Both the position numbers and the translations under genes were made by a program. From NCBI GenBank assembly GCA_043228905.1, contig JBHGNT010000005.1, positions 6,262,001-6,326,000 of the forward strand: DNA of 64,000 bases, given 5' to 3'. This document shows, piece after piece, positions 61,581-64,000 of the stretch. The stretch's first letter is position 1. Each line of letters begins with the position of its first letter. A model generated the notes under the pieces. That model did not search any database. It saw only the letters and a program-made list of their open reading frames with translations, and had not been told where the DNA came from. This DNA comes from Azolla caroliniana (lineage: Eukaryota > Plantae > Polypodiophyta).

Positions 61581-64000
61581 CCGTTGTCCCATGCATTGAC
61601 ACAGGTCGCATTGTCGACAGAATTCATGAGCATCATTTTTTGTTGTGGGCCACCATAAGCCACTCTGCCATATTTTTCTCGTCGTGGCCTCTCCAGCGTA
61701 ATGTCCCCCCGAGATTTCGTGATGTCCCTCCTGGAGGATTGCGTGTTTCTCGAATTGACGGATTGCACGGCGCCAGATGCCGTCCGAGCCTTTGTGGTAG
61801 AGGGTGTTGGAAACCAAACAAAAGTTTCGGCTCCTAACTGCTAGTCATTTCCAAGCGTCGAGGGTCAAGTGGTCGGGAGGAAGGCCGGTGCTAAGAAAAT
61901 GGGTCATCTACATGATCCATTCATTTGGCACCATTGCGAGACTAAAAAGGGCAGTGTCGGGTAGATCATCGTACGTGGACTCGGCTGGTTCTCCTGACTC
62001 GAGACGACTCAAGTAGTCAGCTACAACGTGTTGGACTCCGGGCCGGTGCTGGATCTGAAAATCAAACTCCTGTCGTAGGAGCATCCATCGGGCCAGGCGA
62101 CCTGTGAGAGCATGCTTATCAACCAAGTAGAGGAGAGCCGAGTGATCGACGTGGAATGTGAACTTCTGGCCCAAGAGGTAATGCCGGAACTTGTTGATGT
62201 TGTAGACCATACCGAGGGCCTCGTGTTCCATTGTTGAGTAGTTCTTCTCCGCCGCCGAGAGTTGTCGGCTAGCGTAATACACTAGCCGGTACCAATTTGG
62301 TGGTGTGCGCTGCATGAGCGCATTGCCTATGGCTATATCCGACCAGACTGGTGGTTGTACAACAAGGGCGTGGGAGAGCATTAACTTCAAGGCTTCGTAA
62401 GCCTCGTCTTCTATTGAAGACCAGTGAGATGGAAGTCAATGCACAGTCGCGTGTAATGGAGTCGCGAAATCGGCCAGGTGTCGTAACATCCGGCTATGCC
62501 ATCTGATCTGGCCTAGGAATCGACTAAGAGCCTTCGCAGTAGAGGGCGCAGGAGCATTCAGAATGGCATGCACTTTATCCAGGTCCATGGCGATACCTTC
62601 CTGGAGGACTATGTGCCTGAGCAGGTTGCCGCTTGTCACCAAGAATGCGCATTTTGCCGAATTTAAGCTCAACCGAGCTTGTCGACATCACTCGAGACAG
62701 AGGCGTAGCTGGGTCATATGCTCCAGCCGCTGGCCATACACGACAAAGTCGTCGAGGAACACTTGCATGAACACCGGTATATACTCGTTGAAAATCTCTG
62801 TGATGATGCGTTGGAATGTGGCCGATGCCGTTTTTAATCCGAACATCATTGCCTCGGCAACGAAGACACCCCATTCCGTGACAAACGTCGTTTTCTACTG
62901 ATCGTCTGGGTGCATTCTGATTTGATTATAGCCACTGAACCCATCGAGTAAACTGTAGCATTCATGACCAGCCACCGTGTCGAGGACACTATCCGTGAAC
63001 GGAAGAGGAAACCCATTGAGTTTGCGGTAATCAACGCATACGCAGATTTTTCCCATTTTTCTTGGGGACGATGATGATTGGGCTTAACCATGTGGCTCTT
63101 TTTACTGGGCGTATAAAGCCTACTCGAAGGAGTTTGTTGATTTCGTTTTTGACCTTAGCTGCGTAGTTGGGGTTCATACGGTATTGTCATTGTTGGATCG
63201 ACCAAGTGTCCGGCAGGAGGTGTACTTGGTGTTGGTAAAATTGAGGATCCAATCCCTTCATATCAGTGTAAGACCATGCGAATACATCCTGATACTCCGT
63301 GAGCAGAAGTATCACGGTTGACAGTTCGTCGACTGGTAAGTTATTAGCGATTTGTAATGTACGTGGGTTCTCGTCGAAGCCGAGGTTCAGTGACTCGAGC
63401 GTTGATGTTTTGACTCGCTGGGAGATGGTCAGTTCTCGTTCAAACGCGTCCCGAGCTTGTCATAATTCCACGATAGTTGTGGAATCGGCCTCGTCCTAGG
63501 GAAGTGAATTTGCTGTGACATCCTCGTCTGGTGGTGTGTCGAAACCCGAGATGACGTTTATTTCGAAGAGGGGTATGATAGTGGGATGATATTCCAGGAA
63601 GTCATCCACCTTCTCGTCGGCTAAGCCGTCGAGCATGTGTACCCTTTCCGTGTTGTCGTGAAGATTTTCGGCAATGGTGTGAAAATCACATAAGACGTAT
63701 GAAATCAAGTGTCAATCATATAAAACAATAATAGTGAATATACTAATTCTAAGTAAGTTTAAATATCTTAGTACAAAAGACGAAGATCTTGAAGAGATGC
63801 ACTTTACTACATAAGAAATGGACATCTAAGTGTCAACTTATGTGGGTAAGAAGTTGCGAAAGAAAAAGAGAAAATTGTGAGATATCCCACATAGCTAGGA
63901 CGAATAAGCCTCTCACCATATATAACGTAGAGCAAAAGTTATTATCTTTGTGTTTATGTGTGGAGCATAGAGAGTTCAAGGTAACTTGAACTAAGAGTGG

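Larger units (their letters stand above)
55726..63690 (-). mobile_element. non-chromoviral Ty3/Gypsy (Athila-like) element, 5'-truncated and degenerate
   Basis: RT (LDGFSGYNQI, FGLKTA, VFLDDF); RNase H (YYASRQL..NYST.E.EAL, VDHSAL, ADYLSRL); integrase ([33 protein letters not shown]). Probable 3' LTR at ~55726-56244 with uncertain ends. Confidence 0.9.

Overview
Eukaryotic nuclear DNA from a land plant, most likely a fern (inference from long TE-filled introns, AG/TC microsatellites and a Tcn1-like chromovirus). The genes in order are: a decayed EF1A copy (1.1-1.9 kb); an intronless secreted Gly/His-rich repeat precursor (minus, 5.9-7.0 kb); an intronless ATXR1/SDG35-like SET methyltransferase (plus); tRNA-Ser(AGA); a 7-exon METTL7-like protein with a degenerate SAM-binding motif (minus); and a ~27-exon SOQ1 (minus, 23-47 kb). 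From 48.7 kb onward lies a TE nest: a Copia interrupted by an unclassified TIR element, a probably self-priming Gypsy whose LTR carries a tRNA-like A/B-box cassette, and a non-chromoviral Gypsy with a long 3' extra ORF and a solo LTR (4-bp TSD) inside its integrase. The best leads are the multi-core Gly/His peptide precursor, the tRNA-like cassettes in LTRs, the self-priming signature and the bipartite-TIR transposon. Exon boundaries were read by eye and may be off by a few nt. No database searches were run.
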